From assembly GCA_964187785.1 (NCBI GenBank), contig OZ076409.1:72418001-72482000 (forward strand): DNA of 64,000 nucleotides, given 5' to 3'. The DNA comes from Amphiscolops sp. MND2022 (taxonomy: Eukaryota). Positions within the stretch are counted from its first letter, which is position 1. Each line of letters starts with the position of its first letter. Positions 1-11,309 of the stretch are shown in pieces. A program made the position numbers and the translations under genes. The notes under the pieces were generated by a model. That model saw nothing but the letters and a program-made list of their open reading frames with translations, did no database searches and was not told the DNA's origin.

Positions 1-578
1 AGTTATGTGGGTTGAATTGTCATAATATCAACTAATACGGACTTTTTTGGGAAAAAAATTTTTTCACATTAGTTTCAGGGACCTACAATGCTTCAGTCAA
101 CATAACCGTAACATTTTGATAGCCTTTCAAGTTGGCCTGGTGTCAACTTGGAAGGGCTATCCTTCTAAAATCGTTAATCAAGAGTTTTTTTGGATAGGTA
201 TATGTTGCATTAGTACCAATTAGAGCTTCATCAACAGTTTGCCAACGGCAAAACAATGTCGTGATAATTCCGTTATAAGAATAACAGTTAACAAATTGTT
301 TACAAAGTTGATTTTTCCCATTCAAAATGTGTCCAAATGCCACCAAATTGAATAAAATAATAAATGGTATTGACTAAAACTAACTAACATTGAAAAAGAA
401 GCTCAACATTGTTAATAGGTCTCATTATGGAAGCTGAAACCTCACGTTTTAGTTTAATTAACGTCAACGCCACATACTTTACATCAACGCCCACCGTCTG
501 TGGGCATGCCGAGGCATGCCCTTCGACGACGTATAACAAACACCTTTAATATCTACACCCACCCGCGGTAGCAGCTAG
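1..578 (+). mobile_element. Unit U0, 3' part of a family G element (truncated by window)
   Basis: Colinear with ~62420-62976. GATAGCC hairpin 118-161, GGCATGCC hairpin 502-521, ends in CTAG. Confidence 0.8.
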
Positions 579-2569
579 GTGGGCGGGGGTAATTCCCCAA
601 CAAAAAAATCGGCCGGCGGGTCGGGTCCTGCCGGCCGTCCAAAATCAAAATCCTCCTAGTAGAAAACGGCATGTCAAACGAGCTATTTTTTTATTTAACC
701 ATTAGAATTTCACCATTTTTTGCATGCGGCCCTGAAATGGCCATACGAGACGAAGTTCCTGCTGACGTTTTGCGATGTAAATGTTTTATAAAAAGTTATG
801 GCCGATTTGTCATTCACCTAGAAGGGTAAAATGAGGAAAATTTTAACAAAGTCGCTGATAACTCAAAATGTGTTAATTTTTGGACTTTGACTGTGAAACA
901 AGCTTGGAACCTTCATTTCGTGGCTGGGGCATTGGACTGAACACAAAAGATGTAAAGTTTTTACGTTTTTTGAAAATTCGACATTTTTGAAATTTTTTTC
1001 ACTACTATCAGTACCCCATATGTCAAAAACACCTCAGAAAAAAATTTTTATTTGCTTTAAATTGGAAACCTTGGTATCCATGGTTTCTGTCGGAACCTAC
1101 TCGCAGCCAAACACCCAACAGTTTGCATCCAATGTGAAAATAAAAATTTTTTCGGGGACATAAGCGTTTCACAAGGTTTTCATGTTTTAGTATTAAATTA
1201 CATAGTGGTCATTTTAAACATAAAATTTTGGTCCAGGTATGTCGGATATAGTCTGAATGCTCACGAACGGTCCTACTGGCAACGTAGGAACCATTTATAG
1301 TAATGAAAAGTAATAAAAAAATTTTTTTAACCGGTCTTCAGTCATTTTTCAGACATTCGGAACTTAACTTAGAAAATTTTCGAACCAAATACCCATTTTT
1401 TGTCAGGTCGAAAATTGAAATTCAGCTATTAAAGCAAAATTTTTTACTCTGACGTAACCAGTGGGGTCCATGATACTCAAAAATACGATTGGGACTGGTA
1501 CCAATGGCTCCTATATCATATGAGCCGCGATAAGACGTTATTTTGAGCAATACGTCTCAATTGAGGTAAACATCTTGCAAGCCTGGGATCACAGTGAAAT
1601 GTAATTTCATCAAAAAATTACTCATTTTCGTCAATCACTATGTGCAGAGAGTGGGTAGGGTGAGTTCCAACACTATAATGAGGTTTTTGAAGGCATAGGG
1701 TTGCTCAAGGGGTGGTATGAGTCATTACTTTCCTCTATACAACTGTATTTTCAAAAACTTTTAGCCCATTATCTGGAAAAATTAACTTGACAAAATACTT
1801 TCAATTAATTTATTCAAAGGTTACAATATAGATGAACACTGTGGTTGATCAGAAACTTTCATCTCTTTCGTTTTCCGAAATAACTCCTTTCAAATGTGTT
1901 ACATTTGTAGCAGGAAAAAAAAACTGAAACTAAAAAATACGCGATTTTGCTGAGATAGAATCGCAATGGTTGCGCCTAAAATCTCTTTAAATACTTCTAA
2001 CGCGACCTTACGGACCCAAAATGATTGAAAATGCCATTCACAATGCTGACATCTGCTCTTTCTACGATCCTGGCTGGACAAGTTTTGCATTTTTTTCAAG
2101 TACCTGTTAACTGAACATTGTGATAGCCTTTCAAGTTGGCCTTGTGTCAACTTGGGAAGGCTGTCACATCAAAAAACTGTCAACAAAAATACTCTTTGTT
2201 TATAGGATAATGCTGTCGATGCTTCACTTCGTGATTCGATCATGTCGTGAGTTCCTTCCATCAGGTCAGCTAACATTTGGATTCAGTGTTGGATAAGAAC
2301 CTATGATTTTCATGACAATTTTAGTTCTTTTTTGTCAACAAAAAGTACAAATAAATGATATAAAACATATTTGTAACCTTTAGGAAGTTTAACTTTACCT
2401 TTATTTACCGTTGCCATCGCCACCCACCCCCTACGACCTCGCAGTGTCCTCATTACAACGCCACATAGTGTAGCGACGCCCACAGTCTGTGGGCATGCCG
2501 AGGCATGCCCTTCGACGACGTATGCCAAATATAGCGTTAGCCCGCGGTCACTACCGCGGTAGCAGCTAG
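579..2569 (+). mobile_element. Unit U1, family S (1991 bp)
   Basis: Starts GTGGGCGGGGGTAATTCCCC, ends CCGCGG-tcacta-CCGCGG-tagcag-CTAG. Almost identical to 50291-52280. Confidence 0.85.
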
Positions 2570-2573
2570 GTGG
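2457..2573 (+). other. Representative conserved 3' terminal module and junction
   Basis: (C)AACGCCACATA-N-ACGCCCAC-N-GGGCATGCCGAGGCATGCCC-TTCGACGACGTATGCCAAA-variable GC hairpin-CTAG^GTGG. Recurs in all units except U14. Confidence 0.9.
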
Positions 2574-5500
2574 GGGGGGATATATCTCCACTTTTTTTGC
2601 GACCGCGGGTAGGGTCCTGTCGGGAGCTTCTATTTACCAAGCTTACGGCGCTATATACTAGAGAAAATTTTTCCGGCACCGAACTTTTTTTTGAACCATA
2701 GGATTTGTACCATTTTTTGCATGCGGCCCTAATTTGGGCATACAAGACGAAGTTCCTGCTGACGTTAAGCGATGGTTTCATTGTGTAACGAAATATAGCC
2801 ACTTTTTGGTGCGAATTTTGAGGTATTTTTGAGAAAAATTTTACAAACAGCTCGAATGCAAAAAATTGAAAAACTTGTGACAATCGACCTATCACTGGTT
2901 TAAACCTTCGATTCTTTGCCCTAGCAATGCACTAGACCCAAAAGATCTAAAACTTTTACATTTTCCAAAAATTTGACCAAATTGACTCGGGTTTCACTAC
3001 TATATGTAACCAATGTGACAAAAACACCTCAGAAAAAAATTTTTATTTGCTTAAATTTAGAAACCTTGGTATCCATGGTTTCTGTCGGAACCTACTCGCA
3101 GCCAAACACTCAACAGTTTGCATCCAATGTGAATTTAAATTTTTTTTCGAGGTCATAGGTGTTTCACAAGGATTTCACAACTTAGTTTCATATTACAAAT
3201 TGGTCATTTTCAACATCATATTTCCATCGAGGCATGTCGGATAGAGTCTTATTGCTTACGAACGGTCCTACTGGCAACGTGTTAACCATTTATAGAAATA
3301 CAAAGTTTTAAAAAAATTTTTTCACCCGTTCTTCCATCATTTTTCAGACATTCGGAACTTATCTTAGAAAAATTTCGTCTCAAAAACCCATTTTTTGTCA
3401 GGTCGAAAACTCAAATTCAGCTTTTTAAGCACAATTATTAACTCTGACGTAACCAGTGGGGCCCATGATACTCAAAACAACGATTGGGGTTGGTACCATT
3501 GGCTCAAATAACATATGAGTCGCGATAAGACGTTATTTTTAGCCATACGTCTCAATTGAGGTAAACATCTCGCAAGCCAGGGATCTCTGTGAAATGTGAT
3601 TTCATCAAAAAGTTACCCATTTTCGCCAATTACTATGTGCACAGAGTGCGTAGGGTGAGTTTCAGCACTATAATGAGGTTTTTGAAGGATTCGGGTTGCT
3701 CAAAGGGTGGTATGAGACATTTTTTTCCCATATACTACTGTATTTTCCAAAAATTTTAGCCCATTATCTGGAAAAACTAACTTGACAAAATACTTTCAGT
3801 TACTCTATTCGAAGCTTAGAATATAGATGAACACTGTGGTTGATCAGAAACTATTAACTATTTTGTTTTTAGAAAAAAACTGCCTTGCATGTGTTACATT
3901 AGTGGCAGGAAAAATACCAGTAGCTCCAAAAATCAAAAATTTGGACGGACAGACTTCCAATGATGCAAAACAAAAACGTTTCAACAACTTCTGACGCCAC
4001 TTTTTTTACCCAAGAGGTTCGAAAACACCATTAACAATGCTGACATTCGCAATAAATAAGATCGAGGTCTATTTACTAACACTTAGGTTTTAAATTTTTT
4101 TCTCGGAAACCCATTATTGTCAGGTCGCAAATTCAAATTTGGTTTTGGAAGCAATACTTTTCACTCTGAAGCAAACCATTGGGCCCAAAATACACAACAA
4201 CAACAAAAAGACTATCACCATATGCTCTAATAACATATGAGATGCGACTGTATGTTTTTAACACATAAACTCTCATTCTGAAGTAAACATGTTGAAAGCC
4301 TTGAATCACCGTGAGAAGTGATTTCATCAAAAAACATTTCTTTTTCGTCAATCACTAAATACACAGAACCCGTTGTGTTAGTTTCAGTCGTGAAATGAGG
4401 TTCTACCGTAATATCGGTTGCTCAAGGTGTTGTATAAGGCAAAAACTTCCTCTTTTCTACTAACTTCTTCAAATATTTCAACCCTTTGTCACACGAAGTT
4501 AATATTCAAAATCTCTTTGAATTGTTTCTTAAGGTTGTGGTGAATTGTTAGAACAATTACTATGATCGAAGAATGCTAGTATTGGTGTTTGGACCATGTC
4601 CGGATGAACAAATCGCAAAATCAAGAAAAAATTGTTTCCTTTTTTGGTTATTTTGGCAGTACTAAAAATGTTAGCTGACAAATAATTTTTTCGAAGGCAC
4701 CATTGGATTCCGCTCAAAAAGTTGATTATAACACATGTGTAATAACCCCGTATCTTTTCAATTTAAATAAATTTAAAAAGCAAACTTTTTTGACGAAAAT
4801 CCTAAAAATCATACCATTTCCTAAAAAATTTCAAATGCACTCCATTTGACGTATAAGAATAGCACAGAAAACTATCATATACCGATCAACTCTACTCCCA
4901 TTGTAGACTATTAGAATTTTGTTTTGATTGAATTTTGAAGAATATTAAAAAAATTTTGAACCCTCCAAAAATGGACCAAAACTACACGAAAAAATTGACC
5001 TTAAAATTTTAAAATGTCAAAAAATCATCAAAACCACAACTTCTTGGGGTTCTATCAACTCCACGTGGTCCACAGAGTACGCTAAAACAGGTTTTACCCG
5101 TTTTTGAGCAATATGTGAAAAAGCCGACATTTTTGGGAAAGAAAAACATACCATTTCCTAAAATATTTCAAATGCACGCCATTTGCCGTATGAGAATAGC
5201 ACAGAAAACTATCACATACCGATCAACTCTACTTCCATTGTAGATGATTAGAAGTTAGTGTAAGTGAAAATTAGACCGATAATAAAAAAATATAAATCCT
5301 CCAAAAGTGGGCAAAAATTACACGAAAAAAATGTCCTTAAAATATTAAAATGTCGAAAAATCATCAAAACCACAGCTTCTTGGGGTTCTATCAACTCCAC
5401 ATGGTCCACAGAGTACGCTAAAACAGGTTTTACCCGTTTTTGAGCAATATCTGGAAAAACCGACATTTTTGGGAAAGAAAAACATAACATTTCCTAAAAA

Positions 5501-7340
5501 AATTCACATGCACGCCATTTGGCGTATAAGAATAGCACAGAAAACTATCATATACCGATCAACTCTACTCCTATTGTAGATTATTAGAACTTTGTTTTGA
5601 ATGAATTTTGATGGATAATAAAAAATTTTGAACCCTCCGAAAATGGGCTAAAATTACACGAAAAAAAATGACCCTAAAATTTTAAAATGTCTAAAAATCA
5701 TCAAAACCACAGCTTCTTGAGGTTCTATCAACTCCACATGGCCCACAGAGTATGCCAAACCAGGTTTTACGCGTTTTTGAGCAAAATTTAGGAAAGCCGA
5801 TTTTTTTGAGGAAGAAAAACATATCATTTCCTAAAAAACTTCAAATGCACGCCATTTGGCGTATAACAATAGCACAGAAAACTATCACATACCAATCAAC
5901 TCTACTCTTTTTGTAGATTACCAGAAGTTTGCTTAGAATAACTTTTGATGAATATTTATAAATTTTAAACCCTCCTAATATGGGCCAAAATCACACGGAA
6001 AAATTGACCCTAAGTATTAAAATGTCAGATATTCATCAAAACCCCAGCTTCTTGGCGTTCTATCATTTCCATATGACTTTCAGAGTATACCAAACAAGTT
6101 ATTAACATTGGGCGATAATTAAAAAGACCAATTTTATTCTGAAGAAAACCATAATATGTTCAATATAAGAAGTGAATCATTCCACATATATACCCTGTCT
6201 AATATTCTAAATAAGCAAAAAAATATATACTTGATGTTTTTTGAATGTGAGCTTCATAAAAGGTTGAGATGTGATAATACGTAAATGGATTCCAAGTTTC
6301 ATCGAAAAGTCAATGGAATACGTCCAATCAACTTCAATCTTAACAATTCGATAACAAAAAACACTTAAGTACATTCCATCTCCCTATCGGGGAGATGAGA
6401 ATGTACTTTTCAAAAACTAAAAACTTAGATCTTTCTATCTTTTGTAACACTTACTGTAACAGCTGAAATGATGAAAGAATAATTATTCTTCTAATAACTT
6501 CAAGATTTTTTGCTTCACCTTTTATTTGTGCAGAACAAAACCATAAGACATACATATTTTTCGCTGTTAAGTTCAACTGTATTACCCAGTGAACAAAGGT
6601 ATGACAGGAAGATTACAAGTTGTCTCAAAACTTTCCCGCCTTCCAAAATCATGAAACGTCTACACAACCAAGATAGTAAAGGAATGAATGTGGAATGCAT
6701 CATTTTAGTTAAAATAAATAACGTGTAGAACTTACCTTTATCTGAAGATGACGTTGATTTATGATCTTTAGAGGATAGTTCAATTTTTGACCATAATAGT
6801 GCGAAACTAATTATTATATGAATAATGGCGTGGAAAGCGTTCAGAAATTGCAGTATTTTCGATTGGAGCATGTATGCGTGGGTTCCTTTGGTGGCATTAG
6901 CTTAGTGTACATGATGGAAGTTTTCGATCTATTATGATAAAATTTACTCACAAGTCTTTGTTTTTCCTATTTTTTTATGCCATTAAGTACATTCATTCTA
7001 TCCCCTTCTCTGGGAATGTACGTTTGCCAAATGACTGTCATCCAAATTTTGCATTCGCGAAGAGTTTAAATACATAAACACGTCTTTAGCGTTTCCAAAT
7101 CACAACCGATTAACATTTTTTAAAATTTTTTTATGAAAATTGATAATTTGTTTTGATTTTGGTATCTTCTACTTTTATCATCCATCATAACAAGCACCTT
7201 ACCATGTCTCTCGCTTGTCTTCATTTTACAACGCCACATAGCGTTCCGACTCGCACCGTCTGTGGGCATGCCGAGGCATGCCCTTCGACGACGTATGCCA
7301 ACTACTTTTTATATCTACACCCGATTGCGGTAGCGGCTAG
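2570..7340 (+). mobile_element. Unit U2, family L (4771 bp) with divergent first ~400 bp
   Basis: Starts GTGGGGGGGGATATATCTCC, then joins the S/L body. 4 x ~337 bp repeats, GTACATTC hairpin 6367-6408, ends CTAG. Confidence 0.85.
4811..6150 (+). repeat. Internal tandem repeat, 4 x ~337 bp
   Basis: ATAccATTTCCTAAAA motif at 4811, 5148, 5484, 5821. Confidence 0.9.
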
Positions 7341-9328
7341 GTGGGCGGGGGTAATTCCCCAACAAAAATTACGGCCGGCGGGTTGGGTCCTGCCGGACGT
7401 TCAAATAGCGCGAAGCATCTAGTAGAAAACAAGGAGTCCTGAAACAGCGATTTTAAAATTGAACCGTTAGAATTTGGTTTTAGATTGCATGCGGCCCTGA
7501 AATCCCCATACGAATGGAAGTTCCTGCTGGCGTTAAGCGATTGAAATAATATATAAAAAGTTATGGCCCATTTTTGGGTCACCGAGAAGGTCAAAATGAA
7601 GAAAATTTTAACTAAGTTGCTGATAACTCAAAATGTGTTAATTTTTGGACTTTGACTGTGAAACAAGCTTGGAACCTTCATTTCGTGGCTGTGGCATTGC
7701 ACTGAACACAAAAGATGTAAAGTTTTCACATTTTTTGAAAATTCGACATTTTTGAATTTTTTTTCACTACTATCAGTACACTATATGTCAAAAACACCTC
7801 TGAAAAATTTTTTTATTTGCTTAAATTTAGAAACCTCGGTATCCATGGTTTCCGTCAGTACCTACTCGCTGCCAAACACTCAACAGTTTGCATCCAATGT
7901 GAAAATAAATTTTTTTTCGAGGTCTTAGGTGTTTCACAAGGATTTCTCAACTTAGTATCAATTTACAAATTGGTCATTTTGAACACATTATTTTCATCGA
8001 AGCGTGTCATATACCGCCCTAATGCTCACGAACGGGCCTACTGGCAACGTTGGAACCATTTATAGTAATAAAAAGTTTTAAAAAATTTTTTTCACCCCGT
8101 CTTCAGTCATTTTACACACTTTCGGAACTTAACTTAGAAAAATTTCAACCAAAAACCCATTTTTTGTCAAGTCGAAAATTCAAATTCAGCTTTTTAAGCA
8201 AAATAAATAAATCTGACATAACCAGTGGGGCCCATGAAACTCAAAACCACGATTGAGACTGGTATCAATGGCTCCAATAACATATGAGTCGCGATAAGAC
8301 GCTATTTTGAGCAAAACATCTCAATTGAGGTAAAGATCTCGCAAGCCAGCGATCACTGTGAAATGTGATTTCATCAAAAATTTACTCTTTTTTGTCAATC
8401 ACTATGTGCACAGAATGCGTAGGGTGCGTTTCAGCACTATAATGAGGTTTTTGAAGGCATCGAGTTGCTCAAGGGGTGGTATGAGACATTTTTGTCCCAT
8501 ATACTACTGTAGTTTCCAAAATTTTTACCCCAATATCTGGAAATACAAACTTGACAAAATACTTTCAACTACTTTATTCCAAGGTTACAATATAGATGAA
8601 CACTGTGGTTGATAAGAAACTTTCATCTCTTTCGTTTTCGGAAATATTTCCGTTCGCATGTGTTACATTCATAGCAGAAAAAAAATCGAAACTGAAAAAT
8701 ACGCTATTTTGCTGATATAGAATCGCAATGATTGTGCCTAAAAACTCTTTAAACACTTCTAACGCAACCTTACGCACCAAAAATGATCGAAAATGCTATT
8801 CACAATGGTGACATGTGCTCTTTCTACGATCCTGGCTGGACAAGGTTTGCATATTTTTCAAGTACCTGTCAGCTAAATCTTGTGATAGCCTTTTCAGTTG
8901 GCCTTGTGTCAACTTGGGAAGGCTATCACATCAAAAAACCATCAACAAAAATAATTTTTGTTTATTGGATCTTACAGTCGATACTTTTTTTCGTGATTCT
9001 ATACTACCGTTAGTATATTTCATCATGTCACCTTACGATTGCATTCAGTCTTTGATAAAAACCTATGAACTCAAAGTCACATTTATATATTTTTTTGCCA
9101 GAAAATAACATCAAAAATATATAAAATATATAAAATAGAGTCTTTAACATTTTTACGTTTCAAGTTTTTGCCGTTATTAGGCCAATCAACGTCCTAGAGC
9201 CACATCCTGCCACATACTGTACAACGCCACATAGTGTTGCGACGTGCACAGTCTGTGGGCATGCCGAGGCATGCCCTTCGACGACGTATGCCGAATACCG
9301 CGGGCCTACGCCCGCGCTCCCCGGCTAG
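7341..9328 (+). mobile_element. Unit U3, family S (1988 bp)
   Basis: Standard head, ends CGCGGGC-ctac-GCCCGCG-ctccccgg-CTAG. Confidence 0.85.
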
Positions 9329-11309
9329 GTGGGCGGGGTAATTCCCCAACTAAAAATTCGGCCGGCGGGTTGGGTCCTGCCGGACGTCAAATAGTGTGAA
9401 ACATCCAGTAGGAAACGGCGACATAAATCAGCGATTTTAAAATTTAACCGTTAGAATTCGGACTTGGAGTGCATGCGGCCCCAAAATGCCCATACGAATC
9501 GAAGTTCCTGCTGACGTTAAGCGATTAAAACTCTTTATAAAAAGTTATGGCCCATTTTACGTTCACTTAGAGAGGTAAAATGAGGAAAATTTTAACAAAG
9601 TTGCTGATAACTCAAAATACATTAATTTTTGGACTTTGACTGTGAAACAAGCTAGGAACCTTCATTTCGTGGCTGTGGCATTGCACTGAACACAAAAGAT
9701 GTAAAGTTTTCACATTTTTTGAAAATTCGACATTTTTGATTTTTTTTTCACTACTATCAGTACACTATATGTCAGAAACACCTCTGAAAAAATTTTTTAT
9801 TTGCTCAAATTTAGAAACCTCGGTATCCATGGTTTCCGTCAGTACCTACTTGCTGCCAAACGCTCAATAGTTTGCATCCAATGTGAAAATAAAATTTTTT
9901 TCGAGGTCTTAGGTGTTTCACAAGGATTTCTCAACTGAGTATCAATTTACAAAATGGTCATTTTGAACACATTATTTTCATCGAAGCGTGTCATATACCG
10001 CCCTAATGTTCTAGAACGGGCCTACTGGCAACGTTGGAACCATTTATAGTAATAAAAAGTTTTAAAAAAATATTTTCACCCGGTCTTCAGTCATTTTTCA
10101 GTCATTCTGAACTTAACTTAGAAAAATTTCGACCAAAATACCCATTTTTTGTCAGGTCGAAAAATCAAATTCAGATTTTTAAGCTAAATTATTAACTCTG
10201 ACGTAACCCATGGGGCCCATGATACTCAAAACAATGATTGACACTGGTATCAATGGCTCCAATAACATATGAGTCGCGATAAGACGTTATTTTGAGCAAT
10301 AAGTCTCAATTGAGGTAAAGATCTCGCAAGCCATCGATAACTGTGAAATGTGATTTCATCAAAAATTTACTCATTTTTGTCAATCACTATGTGCACAGAA
10401 TGCGTAGGGTGCGTTTCAGCACTATAATGAGGTTTTTGAAAGCATCGAGTTGCTCAAGGGGTGGTATGAGACATTTGTGTCCCATATACTACTGTATTTT
10501 CCAAATTTTTTAGCCCAATATCTGGAAATACAAACTTGACAAATTACTTTCAACTACTTTATTCAAAGGTTACAATATAGATGAACACTGTGGTTGATCA
10601 GAAACTATCATCTCTTTAGTTTTCCGAAATATTTCCCTTCGCATGTGTTACATTTGTAGCAGAAAAAAATCCAAAACTAAAAAGTACGCCATTTTGCTAA
10701 TATATAATTGCAATGATTGTGCCTAAAAACTCTTTAAATACTTCTAACACGACCTTGCGGACCCAAATTGATTGAAAATGCCATTCACAATGGTGACATG
10801 TGCTCTTTCTACGATCCTGGCTGAACAAGTTTTGCATATTGTTCGAGTACCTGTCAACTGAAATTTGTGATAGCCTTTCAAGTTGGCCTTGCGTCAACTT
10901 TGGAAGGCTATCACATCAAAAATTTTTCATCAAAAATCTTTTTGTTTATTGGATATTACAGTCGATACCTTTTTTCGTGATTCTATACTACCGTTAGTAT
11001 ATTCCATGAGGTCACCTTACGATTGCATTCAGTCTTTGATAAAAACCTATGAACTCAAAGTCACATTTTAATATTTTTTGTCAAACAAAATCATCAAAAA
11101 TATCTAAAATATACAAAATAGAGTCTTTACCTTTTTTACGTTTCAAGTTTCTGCCGTTCTTAGGCCAATCAACGTCCTAGAGCCACATCCAGTCATACTG
11201 TACAACGCCACATAGTGTTGCGACGTTCACGGTCTGTGGGCATGCCGAGGCATGCCCTTCGACGACGTATGCCGAATACCGCGGGCCTACGCCCGCGCTC
11301 CCCGGCTAG
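9329..11309 (+). mobile_element. Unit U4, family S (1981 bp)
   Basis: Colinear with U3, different head variant (GACGTCAAATAGTGTGAAAC). Confidence 0.85.

Noticed and set aside
463..640. 5S rRNA or tRNA/SINE resemblance (GTCAACGCCACATAC; GGGTCGGGTCCTG; TAGC..CTAGGTGG)
   Set aside because: Only short word matches, with no internal control region or B-box at proper spacing and no cloverleaf or 5S fold.
579..660. Self-cleaving ribozyme (HDV-like, twister, hammerhead) at the junction
   Set aside because: I could not identify the catalytic cores or pseudoknots by eye. An Rfam/Infernal scan would be needed to exclude this fully.
579..2569. Cut-and-paste MITE or LTR element
   Set aside because: No terminal inverted repeats, no long terminal direct repeats, no poly(A), and no duplication beyond the ambiguous GT.
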